Below the pieces are notes generated by a model. That model worked only from the letters and a program-made list of their open reading frames with translations. It did no database searches and was not told the DNA's origin. From Spirochaetia bacterium (GTDB lineage Bacteria > Spirochaetota > Spirochaetia > CADAEX01): 64,000 bases of DNA. The stretch lies in contig OY759746.1 in NCBI GenBank assembly GCA_963662795.1, positions 2,496,001 to 2,560,000 on the forward strand. Direction: 5' to 3'. A program made the translations under genes and the position numbers. Each line of letters opens with the position of its first letter. The stretch's first letter is position 1. Shown in pieces: positions 50,175 through 60,356 of the stretch.

Positions 50175-51926
50175 GTGAAAACTGTAGAAATAAAAATTAA
50201 TGGTAAACCTGTTATGGTAAATACCGGGACATCAGTTCTGGATGCCGCAAAACTTGCTGGCGTTAAAATACCCAGCCTTTGTGCTCATCCTGATCTTAAC
50301 GCCTGGGGCGCATGCGGTATCTGTGTTGTCAAGATTGAAGGGCAGCCCCGTCTTGTAAGGGCGTGCTCGACAAAAATTGTTGAGGGGCAGAATTATATAA
50401 CACATGATCCCGAGATCCAGAGTGTCAGAAGAACTGTAATAGAGATGATTCTCTCTAACCATCCGCAGGAATGTCTTACCTGCGCAAGGAACCAGACCTG
50501 CGAGCTTCAGAGACTTGCGGCAGAATACAGTATAAGGGAAATCCCTTTTGATCAGAACGTAAGAAGACTTCCCAGGGATGTTTCAACTACATCAATTGTT
50601 CTTGATCCTACAAAATGTATCCAGTGCGGAAGGTGTGCTCTTGTGTGCCAGAACCTTCAGAATGTCTGGGCGCTTGAGTTCCTCAACCGGGGAGAAAATA
50701 CAAGGATTGCACCTGCCGCTGATGTTCAGCTGAACGACAGCCCGTGTATTAAATGCGGCCAGTGTTCAGCCCACTGCCCTGTAGGAGCGATTTATGAAAA
50801 GGATGAGACACAGAAATTCCTCAATGCGGTACGTGAACCTGGTGTCCATGTTTCTGTACAGATTGCTCCGGCTGTAAGGGTTGCGCTCGGCGAGGCATTC
50901 GGAATGAAGCCGGGAGAGGTGGTAACGGGCAAGATATACGCGGCGCTCAGAAGGCTCGGCGTTGATTCAGTTTTTGACACAAACTTCTCCGCAGACCTTA
51001 CGATAATGGAAGAAGGAAGCGAGTTTGTTGAAAGATTGGTAAATGGCAAAGGTGTGCTTCCCCAGCTTACTTCATGCTGCCCGGCATGGACAGATTACAT
51101 GGAGAAATACTATCCGGACATGATCCCCCATTTTTCAACTGCAAAATCGCCGATGATGATGCAGGGGGCAATGACCAAAACATATTTCGCGCAGCTGAAA
51201 AAACTTGATCCTGCAAAAATATGTTCTGTCGCAATTATGCCCTGTACTGCCAAAAAGTTTGAGATATCAAGATGCGGCGATATGAAATCTTCAGGGTATT
51301 GTGATGTCGATCTTGTACTTACAACGAGGGAGCTTGCCCGTCTGATCAAGATCGCCGGTATCAATTTTGCCGACCTTGAAGAGGAACAGTCAGACAGCCC
51401 GATAGGTATGTACACAGGAGCGGCAACCATCTTCGGAGTAACCGGAGGCGTTATGGAAGCTGCGGTCAGAACAGCATACAAACTTGTTACCGACGAAGAG
51501 CTTGGCAACGTAAATGTTGAAGTGGTAAGAGGTATGGAAGGGGTAAAACGCGGTGTAGTTGATATTAAAGGTACCAAGGTCAAGGTAGCTGTAGCGCATG
51601 GTATGGCAAATGTTCAGGACCTGGTTGAAGAAATCAGGACTGCAAAGAGAGAAGGAAAGGAAAGGCCTTATGATTTTATAGAAGTAATGGCATGCCGCGG
51701 AGGATGTATAGCAGGCGGAGGTCAGCCCTATGGAACAGAGGATGAAGTACGGGATGCGAGAACTGCCGGCATCTATTTCGATGATAAACATTCAGCTATA
51801 AGGTGTTCGCACAATAATCCTGAAATTATTCATATATATGATAATTTCCTTGAAAAACCGCTGAGTCATAAATCCCACCAGTATCTTCATACCCACTATG
51901 AAGAAAAACCGGTATATAAAAAATAG
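50175..51926 (+). CDS. hndD: [FeFe]-hydrogenase group A catalytic subunit (HndD/HydA type)
   Basis: H-cluster motifs TSCCPAW, MPCTAKKFE and EVMACRGGCIAGGGQP; N-terminal 2Fe-2S, His-ligated 4Fe-4S and 2x4Fe-4S motifs. Confidence 0.95.
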   Translation: MKTVEIKINGKPVMVNTGTSVLDAAKLAGVKIPSLCAHPDLNAWGACGICVVKIEGQPRLVRACSTKIVEGQNYITHDPEIQSVRRTVIEMILSNHPQECLTCARNQTCELQRLAAEYSIREIPFDQNVRRLPRDVSTTSIVLDPTKCIQCGRCALVCQNLQNVWALEFLNRGENTRIAPAADVQLNDSPCIKCGQCSAHCPVGAIYEKDETQKFLNAVREPGVHVSVQIAPAVRVALGEAFGMKPGEVVTGKIYAALRRLGVDSVFDTNFSADLTIMEEGSEFVERLVNGKGVLPQLTSCCPAWTDYMEKYYPDMIPHFSTAKSPMMMQGAMTKTYFAQLKKLDPAKICSVAIMPCTAKKFEISRCGDMKSSGYCDVDLVLTTRELARLIKIAGINFADLEEEQSDSPIGMYTGAATIFGVTGGVMEAAVRTAYKLVTDEELGNVNVEVVRGMEGVKRGVVDIKGTKVKVAVAHGMANVQDLVEEIRTAKREGKERPYDFIEVMACRGGCIAGGGQPYGTEDEVRDARTAGIYFDDKHSAIRCSHNNPEIIHIYDNFLEKPLSHKSHQYLHTHYEEKPVYKK

Positions 51927-51954
51927 GATTCTTTTCAGTACAGTAAATGAAAGG

Positions 51955-51983
51955 AGGCTTTCCGGCAGCGGAAAGCCTTTTTT
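51955..51983 (+). terminator. Intrinsic terminator of the hydrogenase operon
   Basis: AGGCTTTCCG-GCAG-CGGAAAGCCT followed by a T run. Confidence 0.85.
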
Positions 51984-52023
51984 ATAATTGTTAAAAAAGG
52001 TGATAACATATTATAATGTAAAA

Positions 52024-54714
52024 ATGAAAAAGTATCTGTTTATTGTTATTCCGGTTTTGGCTGTCATTTTTTGTTCCCTGTTTCTCTTAACTTCACTTGA
52101 CAGAAAAGTTTACGATCTTTTTTTAAGAACTCTGCCTTCCCTTAAAGAAGATGAATCAGTTCTTATTGTAAAAGTTGATGATCTGTCTATTGAAAACGTT
52201 GGAATATTTCCCTGGACAAGGGATATTCTGGCAGACGCGATTGTTTTTCTCCGTGAAATGGGAGCTGATTCAGTCGTATTCGATTTAAGCTATCTCGACA
52301 AAAGTCCGGTCAAGGTAGATCCCAAATATGTGAATCAGGAGCTGCCTGAATACCTTAACTATGGATTTAATCAGATTGATGATACCATCAGCCAGGTTAT
52401 GGATGCATTTGCCGGCCGGCAGATCGGCCCTTCCGATGCTGATGCCTACAAGAGACAGATGCTGAATTTTAACAGCACGGTGCGCGAATCGCTGAATACT
52501 TCAATTTCGTATGTTGCCAGGGACGTTGATGCGTACTTCGCAAAGACACTCCGCTTCTTCGGCAAATCATATTTAACCCTGACCATGGTTACTCCGGAAG
52601 ATATAATAGGTGAAGACAAAACCTTTGATATGTCGCCTTACGATGTTAAATGGCTTGAAGAGAATGTCGCGCTTAAAAATATAACAGCACTAAACGATAC
52701 ACTGACGCCGCAGCTGCCGGGTATAATTCCCGCCATCCCTGAGCTGCTTACAAATGCCAGCGGTGCCGGATTTGTGAACGCAGCGCCCGATCAGGACGGA
52801 TACCGCCGGAGGGTACACCTTCTGCTGAAATATAATGATAAATACTACGGACAACTTGGATTTGTTCCACTCCTCGATAAACTGGGAAACCCTGCGGTTG
52901 AGGTGACAAATAATTATATTTTTCTTAAAAATGCTGTTATTAACGGCACGGCAAGGGATGTCAGAATTCCCCGTACCGAAGACGGCTCAATTCTTGTTAA
53001 ATGGCCAAAAAAGGAATTCAGGGACTATAATCAGATTTCATCATGGGACCTGATTGCGAATAACAGGCAGGAAGCAGTATTTGTTAAAAATCTTAAAGCC
53101 ATGGAAGATGCCGGATTTTTTTCCTACTGGAATGAAGGTGAGACTCCTCTTGATAAGTACAATAATGCGGAATATGTAAAACAGATGCTTTTTGAAGGAG
53201 AAAATAATCAGGCAGGGATAACATTTGAAACATATGCTGCTTACAGAAAGGGTTTTATTGATACATCTGATCAGTTTTTAAACGGCAAATATGAAGATAT
53301 TATCCTTTCAGATATTGATAAGGACAACACTGCGGTTGTTGAATATGTTAATGGCTTTTTTAAAGCTGCACGGCAGCAGTACGCAGACCTGCTTGTTATC
53401 CGGGAAAAAGCTGAGAAAAAAACAGCCGGCGCCTTCTGTATTATCGGCGTTGATGCCACTTCCATGACTGACGACGGCCTGACTACATTCCAGGAGAGAT
53501 TTCCTAATGTCGGTATTCATGCTGCAGTAACAAACATGATTATATCTGAAGAGTTTCTGGATGATTCACCGGCTTACGTTTCCATAATTATTGCTCTAAT
53601 ACTTTCGGTATCACTCGGCATCTTTATCCAACGGTTCAATACCAAAAACGCGATGATTGCGGGGTTTCTTACTCTGGCAGTATCTGTTTTTTCCCTGCTC
53701 ATTCTGTTTGTCCTCTTCCGCAGATATATAGGCGTAGTAGTTCCATTTGCCTCAATATCCGCAACCTTTCTTACGCTTTCAGGTATTAATTTCTTCGATA
53801 CAATCAGGGAAAAATCATTCCTGCGCTCCGCTTTTTCCCGGTATCTTGCCCCTGCTGTTATAAATGAAATTATTGCAGATCCTTCAAAATTAAATCTTGG
53901 AGGGGAAAAACGGGAAATGACTGCAATTTTTACAGATATCAGGGGATTTTCAACTATTTCAGAAAGTCTTGATCCTGCCGATCTGGTTAAACTGCTGAAC
54001 CTCTATTTGACTGATATGAGTAATACAATTCTTGCAAACAGGGGAACAATTGATAAATATGAAGGAGATGCGATCATTGCATTTTTTGGAGCTCCCATTC
54101 ATATGGCTGAGCATGCTGCCCTTGCGTGCCGCACAGCGATACAGATGAAAATAGCGGAAAAAGAACTGAATAAACGAATTATTGCGGAAAATCTCTGTCC
54201 GTCACAGCTATTCACCAGAATTGGTATTAATACAGGAGATATGATTGTCGGAAATATGGGAACACCGGATAAAATGGACTATACAATTATGGGAAACGCG
54301 GTAAACCTTGCCGCGCGGCTTGAAGGGGTAAATAAACAGTATGGTACCCGCGGTATCCTGATAAGCGAGCATACAAGGGCCCAGGTCGGGGATGAATTCC
54401 TCCTCCGCCGTCTTGACCGGATCCGGGTTGTCGGTGTCAACAGGCCGCTCAGGATATTTGAGCTGCTTTCGTTTGCCAAGGATGCTGATATGATTACGGA
54501 AAGCTCTGCCGCATCAATAATACCGCAATGGGAAAAGGCGATAGACCTCTATGAAAAACAATTATTCACAGAAGCCCGTGATATTTTTAAGGAAATTGCT
54601 GTAAAGGATAATGAGGATATGGTTGCTCCGCTCTTTGCAGGCCGATGTGAGGCGTTCCTTAAAAATCCGCCGGTTAAGGACTGGGACGGGGTATTTACAC
54701 TTTCAGAGAAGTAA
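52024..54714 (+). CDS. CHASE2-domain class III adenylate cyclase (ATG 52024 preferred over TTG 51988)
   Basis: VDDLSIENVGIFPWTR...VVFDL, GFVNAAPDQDGYRRR and VGIHAAV (CHASE2); three TMs; FTDIRGFS, IDKYEGD, RIGINTG, DYTIMGNAVNLAARLE (K/D pair indicates ATP specificity). Confidence 0.93.
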   Translation: MKKYLFIVIPVLAVIFCSLFLLTSLDRKVYDLFLRTLPSLKEDESVLIVKVDDLSIENVGIFPWTRDILADAIVFLREMGADSVVFDLSYLDKSPVKVDPKYVNQELPEYLNYGFNQIDDTISQVMDAFAGRQIGPSDADAYKRQMLNFNSTVRESLNTSISYVARDVDAYFAKTLRFFGKSYLTLTMVTPEDIIGEDKTFDMSPYDVKWLEENVALKNITALNDTLTPQLPGIIPAIPELLTNASGAGFVNAAPDQDGYRRRVHLLLKYNDKYYGQLGFVPLLDKLGNPAVEVTNNYIFLKNAVINGTARDVRIPRTEDGSILVKWPKKEFRDYNQISSWDLIANNRQEAVFVKNLKAMEDAGFFSYWNEGETPLDKYNNAEYVKQMLFEGENNQAGITFETYAAYRKGFIDTSDQFLNGKYEDIILSDIDKDNTAVVEYVNGFFKAARQQYADLLVIREKAEKKTAGAFCIIGVDATSMTDDGLTTFQERFPNVGIHAAVTNMIISEEFLDDSPAYVSIIIALILSVSLGIFIQRFNTKNAMIAGFLTLAVSVFSLLILFVLFRRYIGVVVPFASISATFLTLSGINFFDTIREKSFLRSAFSRYLAPAVINEIIADPSKLNLGGEKREMTAIFTDIRGFSTISESLDPADLVKLLNLYLTDMSNTILANRGTIDKYEGDAIIAFFGAPIHMAEHAALACRTAIQMKIAEKELNKRIIAENLCPSQLFTRIGINTGDMIVGNMGTPDKMDYTIMGNAVNLAARLEGVNKQYGTRGILISEHTRAQVGDEFLLRRLDRIRVVGVNRPLRIFELLSFAKDADMITESSAASIIPQWEKAIDLYEKQLFTEARDIFKEIAVKDNEDMVAPLFAGRCEAFLKNPPVKDWDGVFTLSEK

Positions 54715-54748
54715 AAAAAAAGACTGTTTATTAAAAACAGTCTTTTTT
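54713..54748. terminator. Bidirectional intrinsic terminator between convergent genes
   Basis: A run, AGACTGTTT-loop-AAACAGTCT, T run. Confidence 0.85.
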
Positions 54749-54775
54749 ATACATTGATTTAATTTTTTAAATATT

Positions 54776-55216
54776 TTATTCCTTTTTCTCTTCAACCCAC
54801 TGCACATCTTCTACTGCGTCGCTTGCACGTGTTGAAGCGGTAGAAATGTTTGTCCGCCCCTGGACAGAATTGGCATTTACAGTACTGTCTGTTACAGCAG
54901 CGCCCAGTTTAATACCTGAAAGACCCTGAGCAGGGCTTGTCAGTTTTTCAACAGTGCCTTTCTGCATTGCCTTGACCGTGACCACCCTGTCTCCAATCTT
55001 AAGAATAAGAGAGGAATTAAGACCGGTGTTTATCATTGTCGAGGGCGCAATTTTTTTGTCAGCGGATAAAGCTTCCCATTTGCCCGCAGAAACCTCATAA
55101 CTCACAATTCCGTTTACCGACTGGATAACAATATCCTGTCCTGAAACCTGAGCAAATAAAGCTGTGGAAATTGCAACAGTGCCCAGCACCATCGCCAATA
55201 AGAATATTTTCTTCAT
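54776..55216 (-). CDS. Small exported protein resembling the N-terminal half of a FecR domain (ATG 55216)
   Basis: Signal peptide MKKIFLLAM...LFA; SD GGAGG; SVNGIVSY...GKWEAL...MINTGLNSSLILKI resembles FecR-domain strands by eye. Confidence 0.55.
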   Translation of the reverse strand: MKKIFLLAMVLGTVAISTALFAQVSGQDIVIQSVNGIVSYEVSAGKWEALSADKKIAPSTMINTGLNSSLILKIGDRVVTVKAMQKGTVEKLTSPAQGLSGIKLGAAVTDSTVNANSVQGRTNISTASTRASDAVEDVQWVEEKKE

Positions 55217-55310
55217 AGAATCCTCCACTTAATATATTATATAACACATCCGCCTGGAAATACAAGGTCGTCTCTGTTAAAGTGCTGTGTTACGGTAAAG
55301 AGCCAGTTTT

Positions 55311-58300
55311 TCATTTTTCATCCCTCTTTATCAGGTATTTACGCCTGAAATAAAGGTATGCGCAAATCATTATCCCGGTTGAAAACAGCAGAGCCATCAG
55401 CGCGATGTGGTTTTTAAAATATTCTGCAGCTGATATTTCAGGAGTTTCAGAAACAGTCATCTTTTTATTAAAAACTGTCTTTTCGGTTTCAGGTATTGAT
55501 GCAGCATGCTCCGGAGAAGATACCTGAATTATTTCATTCACGGCTGATACATTTTCTCCCGTTCCCTGTGTTGTTTTGTTCATGCCGACAGAGGCTTCTG
55601 CATTTTCCGGTGCTGTATTTACACTGCTTACAGTCTGAACTCCCTTAACTCCTGAATCAAATTGATAGCCGGCAACCTGAACAGTACTTTTCACAGCTTT
55701 TCTTGAAGTGGTAGATTTAACCTGGTTCTGAGTAATACCTGAATAAGGTTCTGTAGTTTCAACCTGACTCACCCTGTGCTTTGAATATCTTGTTGTTGCG
55801 TTCCTGACAGAAGCAGATGTATAGTCGGATATTGAAGTGGTTATGGAGTTTTCTGTATAACCTGCTGATCGGGAGGCGGCTCCTCCATATGTCCAGTCGT
55901 CGGTATCCCAAGTCATTTGATATCCGTTGCTTGTTTCATTTCCCAGGTCGTCTGCAACACTGAACCGGAAAGTTTGCTCCTGAACTGAAACATCCAGAGC
56001 TGTTGTTGTTGTCAGCGACCCTGTTTTAACAGCTGTTGCGTGGGTATATGTTTTTACCGTGCCGTCGGTTATAGCCTGAGCCTTGGTACCTGTCCCCGGC
56101 CAGTAATAAATGATCCTGATTCCTGAAACTTCAGCAGAGGATAAAGTTATTGTTAATTTGTTGTTGGCGCTTGAAGCGCTTGGACTGGAAGCACCGGTAT
56201 TTATCTCTGGAGCTGTCGTATCTACAGTGATTGTAGCCGAGTTTGATTTGGTAACATTACCGGCAGAATCCCTTACATAAAGATAGAAAGCCTTATCAGC
56301 CCCGTCAGTTGTAGCAGAAGCAAGGTTGACAGATGTAAGTGTCTGCGAGGTGCCTGTAAGAGTTTCCCATGTTTCAGCGCTGTACGCCGGTGCGGTAGTT
56401 TCGATCGTAACAATATAGGCAGAAAGCGACGTGGTATCTGCAACAGTTAATGATGTTACAGGAACAGATGTAAGTGTTGCAGTCGATGGGTTGGTGAACA
56501 CAAAGGTGCCGGTTAATGTTGGTAGGATTCCTTCAATTATGATGTCTTTTGTGGTACCGCCGAGTGATTCGTCAGAGTCAAGTGCCGGCAATGCCAGATT
56601 AGCATTATTGCTGGCCGCGTCCTTTATTGTTCCTCCGTTCAGAACAAGTGCTGCTGTAGAAGCATAGTTAAGGTCTGAGGTTGTATCACCGGCTGCAACA
56701 GTGTAACTGAAAGTAAGGGCAGAAGTGTCCGATCCGCTTGTGTATGATATATTTTTGTTTCCAGAGGAAAGTGCAAGTGTGAGATAGGGTGTTCCTGTGA
56801 CTGTCACAGCTTCCGGGAAATTAACCTTAATGGGTATTTCAGTTCCGGCAGGGTATGTACCAGTCTCTGTGGTTGTTGTAACGTTTGAGACTGTCGGTGC
56901 GGTTGTATCGATTTTTATATTCTTTGTGGTACCACCGAGTGATTCGTCAGAGTCAAGTGCCGGCAATGTCAGATTAGCATTATTGCCGGCTGTGTCCTTT
57001 ATTGTTCCTCCGTTCAGCACAAGGGCTGATGTACTTGCATAGTTTAGGTCTGCGCTTGTATCTCCGGCTGCAACAGTGTATGTGAATGAGAGCGCTGTTG
57101 TGCCTGAACCGGATGGGTCGTCTAATCCTATATTTTTGTTTCCAGAGGAAAGCGCAAGTGTGAGATAGGGCGTTCCTGTGACTGTCACAGCTTCCGGGAA
57201 ATTGACCGTAATAGGTATTTCAGTTCCGGCTGGATAGGAGCCGCTCTCCTTTGTTGTCGTAACGCTTGAGACTGTCGGTGCGGTTGTATCGATTTTTATA
57301 TTCTTTGTGGTACCGCCGAGTGATTCGTCAGAGTCAAGTGCCGGCAATGTCAGATTAGCATTATTGCCAATTGAATCTTTTATAGTTCCTCCGTTCAGCA
57401 CAAGGGCTGATGTACTTGCATAGTTTAGGTCTGCGCTTGTATCTCCGGCTGCAACAGTGTATGTGAATGAGAGCGCTGTTGTGCCTGAACCGGATGGGTC
57501 GTCTAATCCTATATTTTTGTTTCCAGAGGAAAGTGCAAGTGTGAGATAGGGCGTTCCTGTGACTGTCACAGCTTTGGAGAAATTGACCGTGATAGGTATT
57601 TCAGTTCCGGCTGGATAGGAGCCGCTCTCCTTTGTTGTTGTAACGCTTGAAACTGTTGGCAGAACAGCGTCGATTACAATATTCTTTGTTGTACCGCCGA
57701 GCGACTCGGCAGAGGCAAGTGCCGGAAGAGTAAGTGTGGCATTATTGCCAATTGAATCTTTTATAGTTCCTCCGTTCAGCACAAGGGCTGATGTACTTGC
57801 ATAGTTTAGGTCTGCGCTTGTATCTCCGGCTGCAACAGTGTATGTGAATGAGAGCGCTGTTGTGCCTGAACCGGATGGGTCGTCTAATCCTATATTTTTG
57901 TTTCCAGAGGAAAGTGCAAGTGTGAGATAGGGCGTTCCTGTGACTGTCACAGCTTTGGAGAAATTGACCGTGATAGGTATTTCAGTTCCGGCTGGATAGG
58001 AGCCGCTCTCCTTTGTTGTCGTAACGCTTGAAACTGTTGGCAGAACAGCGTCGATTACAATATTCTTTGTTGTACCGCCGAGCGACTCGGCAGAGGCAAG
58101 TGCCGGAAGAGTAAGCGTGGCATTGTTGCCGGCTGTGTCCTTTATTGTACCGCCGTTCAGCACAAGGGCTGATGTACTTGCATAGTTTAGGTCTGCGCTT
58201 GTATCTCCGGCTGCAACAGTGTATGTGAATGAGAGCGCTGTTGTGCCTGAACCGGATGGGTCGTCTAATCCTATATTTTTGTTTCCAGGTGAAAGCGCAA

Positions 58301-60356
58301 GTGTGAGATAGGGCGTTCCTGTGACTGTCACAGCTTCTGAGAAATTAACCTTAATGGGTATTTCAGTTCCGGCAGGGTATGTACCAGTCTCTGTGGTTGT
58401 TGTAACGTTTGAGACTGTCGGTGGCATTGTATCTTTAAAAAAGTTCCGGGCAGCGATATCTGATACATTACCTGCCGTATCAGTTGCACGTATTCCAACC
58501 GTGAAAGGTCCGGATGAAAGCCCGTCGAAAGAGGTGATCGAATCAATCGAATTACCGCTCGCAAAAGGCTGCCAGCTGCCTGAATTAATTTGCACTTCAA
58601 CTGTTCCTTCGCTTCCTGTAAAGCTGATGTCCTGAGTTCCATTCACATAAGCGCCGTTTGCGGGTGATGATATGGTGATTACCGGTTTTTCAGTATCTTT
58701 AGTGATTTCAAGCTGTGCGCTTAGTCCGCCTGGGTTGCCGGCTTTATCTGTAACTCGTGCTGTGATTTGTTTTGTCCCGTCTGTTCCAAAAGTCGCTGAG
58801 TTGAGAGTAAATATATAATTGCCGGTAACCTCAGCAGCAGTCAATGTGTCTGACATCTTGACTGCTCCGTCGATCAGCAGGCTTATCGTGTCATCTTCTA
58901 CCGCACCGCTTGATGCGAGAGGAGCTGTAATTGTCATGCTTGTCGTGTTTATATTTAAATATGATTCTGATTTGGTAAGGGTTTCCGGAGTTCCAGGCGG
59001 AATGGAATCATAAACTACTTCAGCCGTTAAAGCTGTTAAGCTCACATTTCCTGCCTTGTCATAGGCTGCAATTGTTATTGTATTGTTGCCTTGTGCTGCA
59101 GGGGTGATATCTGTGAAAACCCCGTTAGTAGATGGATCCACAACACCTGATGCACCTGCTGTAACCTTATATTCTTTGATTCCCGAAAGTCCGTTGTCTG
59201 CACCTGAAACTGTGAAAGAAAGCGGTGAATTTGTTAATGCAGCTGGTGGCGACGGAGTAAAAGCCGGTGTATCCGGAGGCTGCCTGTCTAGTATAATGTT
59301 TGCTGTTTTTGTGAGTGATGGATTGTTTGATGGATCATATACAATAACAGAAATTGTTCTATTCCCGTCAATATCAGGCAGTGTAACAGGAATATTGTTT
59401 GTATGTGTATTGTTATAAAGAGTGTTGTCAAATTCGTCTTTGATAAGAGCCTTCAGTTCGGTTGAACCGCTGTTATCTCCTACTTCGAAATTTAAAAGAA
59501 TATTTCGTGAGTTTGTCGGATTATTGACTGGAAGAGCTGTACCGCTTTCATTCTTAACCGTAATGTCCAAAACTGTAGGAGGTTCTGTATCTTTTAGTTT
59601 ACTGGTAACAAAGCGGACTGTTTTACCTGCAGTCATTGTATTACCATTGAGATCCTCAATTTGTTGAAGAATTGTTACAAAAATCTCATAGTATGCATCG
59701 GTTGTTCCGAGAAAATTATCTGATTTTAAATTTAGAGTTAATACAGAACCATCAAGGACCGGATCCTCAAAAAAAGAATTAATGGGATCAGGATCACTAG
59801 ATGACCCGCTTAACCGGCGTTGTATAATGATGTTGCTCTGGGTTGCAGTATTTATATCAACCGGCCTGGAAAAAGTAATTTTTATCGGTCTAGTGATAAT
59901 TACTTCCTGTTCGTTATCATAAGGAGCTGTAGAAACAACGTACGGTCTTGTGTCAAACATTGCACGAATTTCAAGATTGGAAGTTTTTTTATTTACTGTG
60001 GCAGTTGTTTCTTTGCTTGCCGCGTTTGTGAATGTTATATCACCGGAATTTCCGCCGATCTGCATCCAGTTTAAAAAAGCGAATTCGCTGTTTGTAGTTG
60101 TTGTTATATTAAAAGGAACGCCGACTTTTACAATTGCTGCCCCGAGCGGGCTTGTTGTTCCCATACTGTCGCTTTCAGCGCGGACAGTTATTGTAACCTC
60201 TTCCGCATTGGCAATCAGAACTTCATCTTCTATTGCCGCCTTGAGGTCATCATCCCCTGACATGAAATTATTGCAGCTGCTGATGAAGCTGATTAAAAGG
60301 AATGCTGTTATTAAAAAAGCTATTAGAGCCTTTTGATTTCTAATGCGTTTTATCAT
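55311..60356 (-). CDS. Large multi-Ig-domain lipoprotein with five tandem ~127-aa repeats and a C-terminal TM anchor
   Basis: Lipobox FISS-C; PYVVSTAP...ITFSRPVD Ig-like domain; repeated D-x-AGN strands; Thr-rich; hydrophobic tail then RRK. Confidence 0.8.
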   Translation of the reverse strand: MIKRIRNQKALIAFLITAFLLISFISSCNNFMSGDDDLKAAIEDEVLIANAEEVTITVRAESDSMGTTSPLGAAIVKVGVPFNITTTTNSEFAFLNWMQIGGNSGDITFTNAASKETTATVNKKTSNLEIRAMFDTRPYVVSTAPYDNEQEVIITRPIKITFSRPVDINTATQSNIIIQRRLSGSSSDPDPINSFFEDPVLDGSVLTLNLKSDNFLGTTDAYYEIFVTILQQIEDLNGNTMTAGKTVRFVTSKLKDTEPPTVLDITVKNESGTALPVNNPTNSRNILLNFEVGDNSGSTELKALIKDEFDNTLYNNTHTNNIPVTLPDIDGNRTISVIVYDPSNNPSLTKTANIILDRQPPDTPAFTPSPPAALTNSPLSFTVSGADNGLSGIKEYKVTAGASGVVDPSTNGVFTDITPAAQGNNTITIAAYDKAGNVSLTALTAEVVYDSIPPGTPETLTKSESYLNINTTSMTITAPLASSGAVEDDTISLLIDGAVKMSDTLTAAEVTGNYIFTLNSATFGTDGTKQITARVTDKAGNPGGLSAQLEITKDTEKPVITISSPANGAYVNGTQDISFTGSEGTVEVQINSGSWQPFASGNSIDSITSFDGLSSGPFTVGIRATDTAGNVSDIAARNFFKDTMPPTVSNVTTTTETGTYPAGTEIPIKVNFSEAVTVTGTPYLTLALSPGNKNIGLDDPSGSGTTALSFTYTVAAGDTSADLNYASTSALVLNGGTIKDTAGNNATLTLPALASAESLGGTTKNIVIDAVLPTVSSVTTTKESGSYPAGTEIPITVNFSKAVTVTGTPYLTLALSSGNKNIGLDDPSGSGTTALSFTYTVAAGDTSADLNYASTSALVLNGGTIKDSIGNNATLTLPALASAESLGGTTKNIVIDAVLPTVSSVTTTKESGSYPAGTEIPITVNFSKAVTVTGTPYLTLALSSGNKNIGLDDPSGSGTTALSFTYTVAAGDTSADLNYASTSALVLNGGTIKDSIGNNANLTLPALDSDESLGGTTKNIKIDTTAPTVSSVTTTKESGSYPAGTEIPITVNFPEAVTVTGTPYLTLALSSGNKNIGLDDPSGSGTTALSFTYTVAAGDTSADLNYASTSALVLNGGTIKDTAGNNANLTLPALDSDESLGGTTKNIKIDTTAPTVSNVTTTTETGTYPAGTEIPIKVNFPEAVTVTGTPYLTLALSSGNKNISYTSGSDTSALTFSYTVAAGDTTSDLNYASTAALVLNGGTIKDAASNNANLALPALDSDESLGGTTKDIIIEGILPTLTGTFVFTNPSTATLTSVPVTSLTVADTTSLSAYIVTIETTAPAYSAETWETLTGTSQTLTSVNLASATTDGADKAFYLYVRDSAGNVTKSNSATITVDTTAPEINTGASSPSASSANNKLTITLSSAEVSGIRIIYYWPGTGTKAQAITDGTVKTYTHATAVKTGSLTTTTALDVSVQEQTFRFSVADDLGNETSNGYQMTWDTDDWTYGGAASRSAGYTENSITTSISDYTSASVRNATTRYSKHRVSQVETTEPYSGITQNQVKSTTSRKAVKSTVQVAGYQFDSGVKGVQTVSSVNTAPENAEASVGMNKTTQGTGENVSAVNEIIQVSSPEHAASIPETEKTVFNKKMTVSETPEISAAEYFKNHIALMALLFSTGIMICAYLYFRRKYLIKRDEK
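56540..58435 (-). repeat. Five near-identical 381-bp intragenic tandem repeats (outer boundaries approximate)
   Basis: GTGACTGTCACAGC recurs at 56797, 57178, 57559, 57940 and 58321, an exact 381-bp period. Confidence 0.95.

Noticed and set aside
56540-58435. Tandem repeats as a CRISPR array or DGR template/variable repeats
   Set aside because: In-frame 381-bp coding units with no spacers; differences not adenine-specific; no cas or reverse transcriptase gene.
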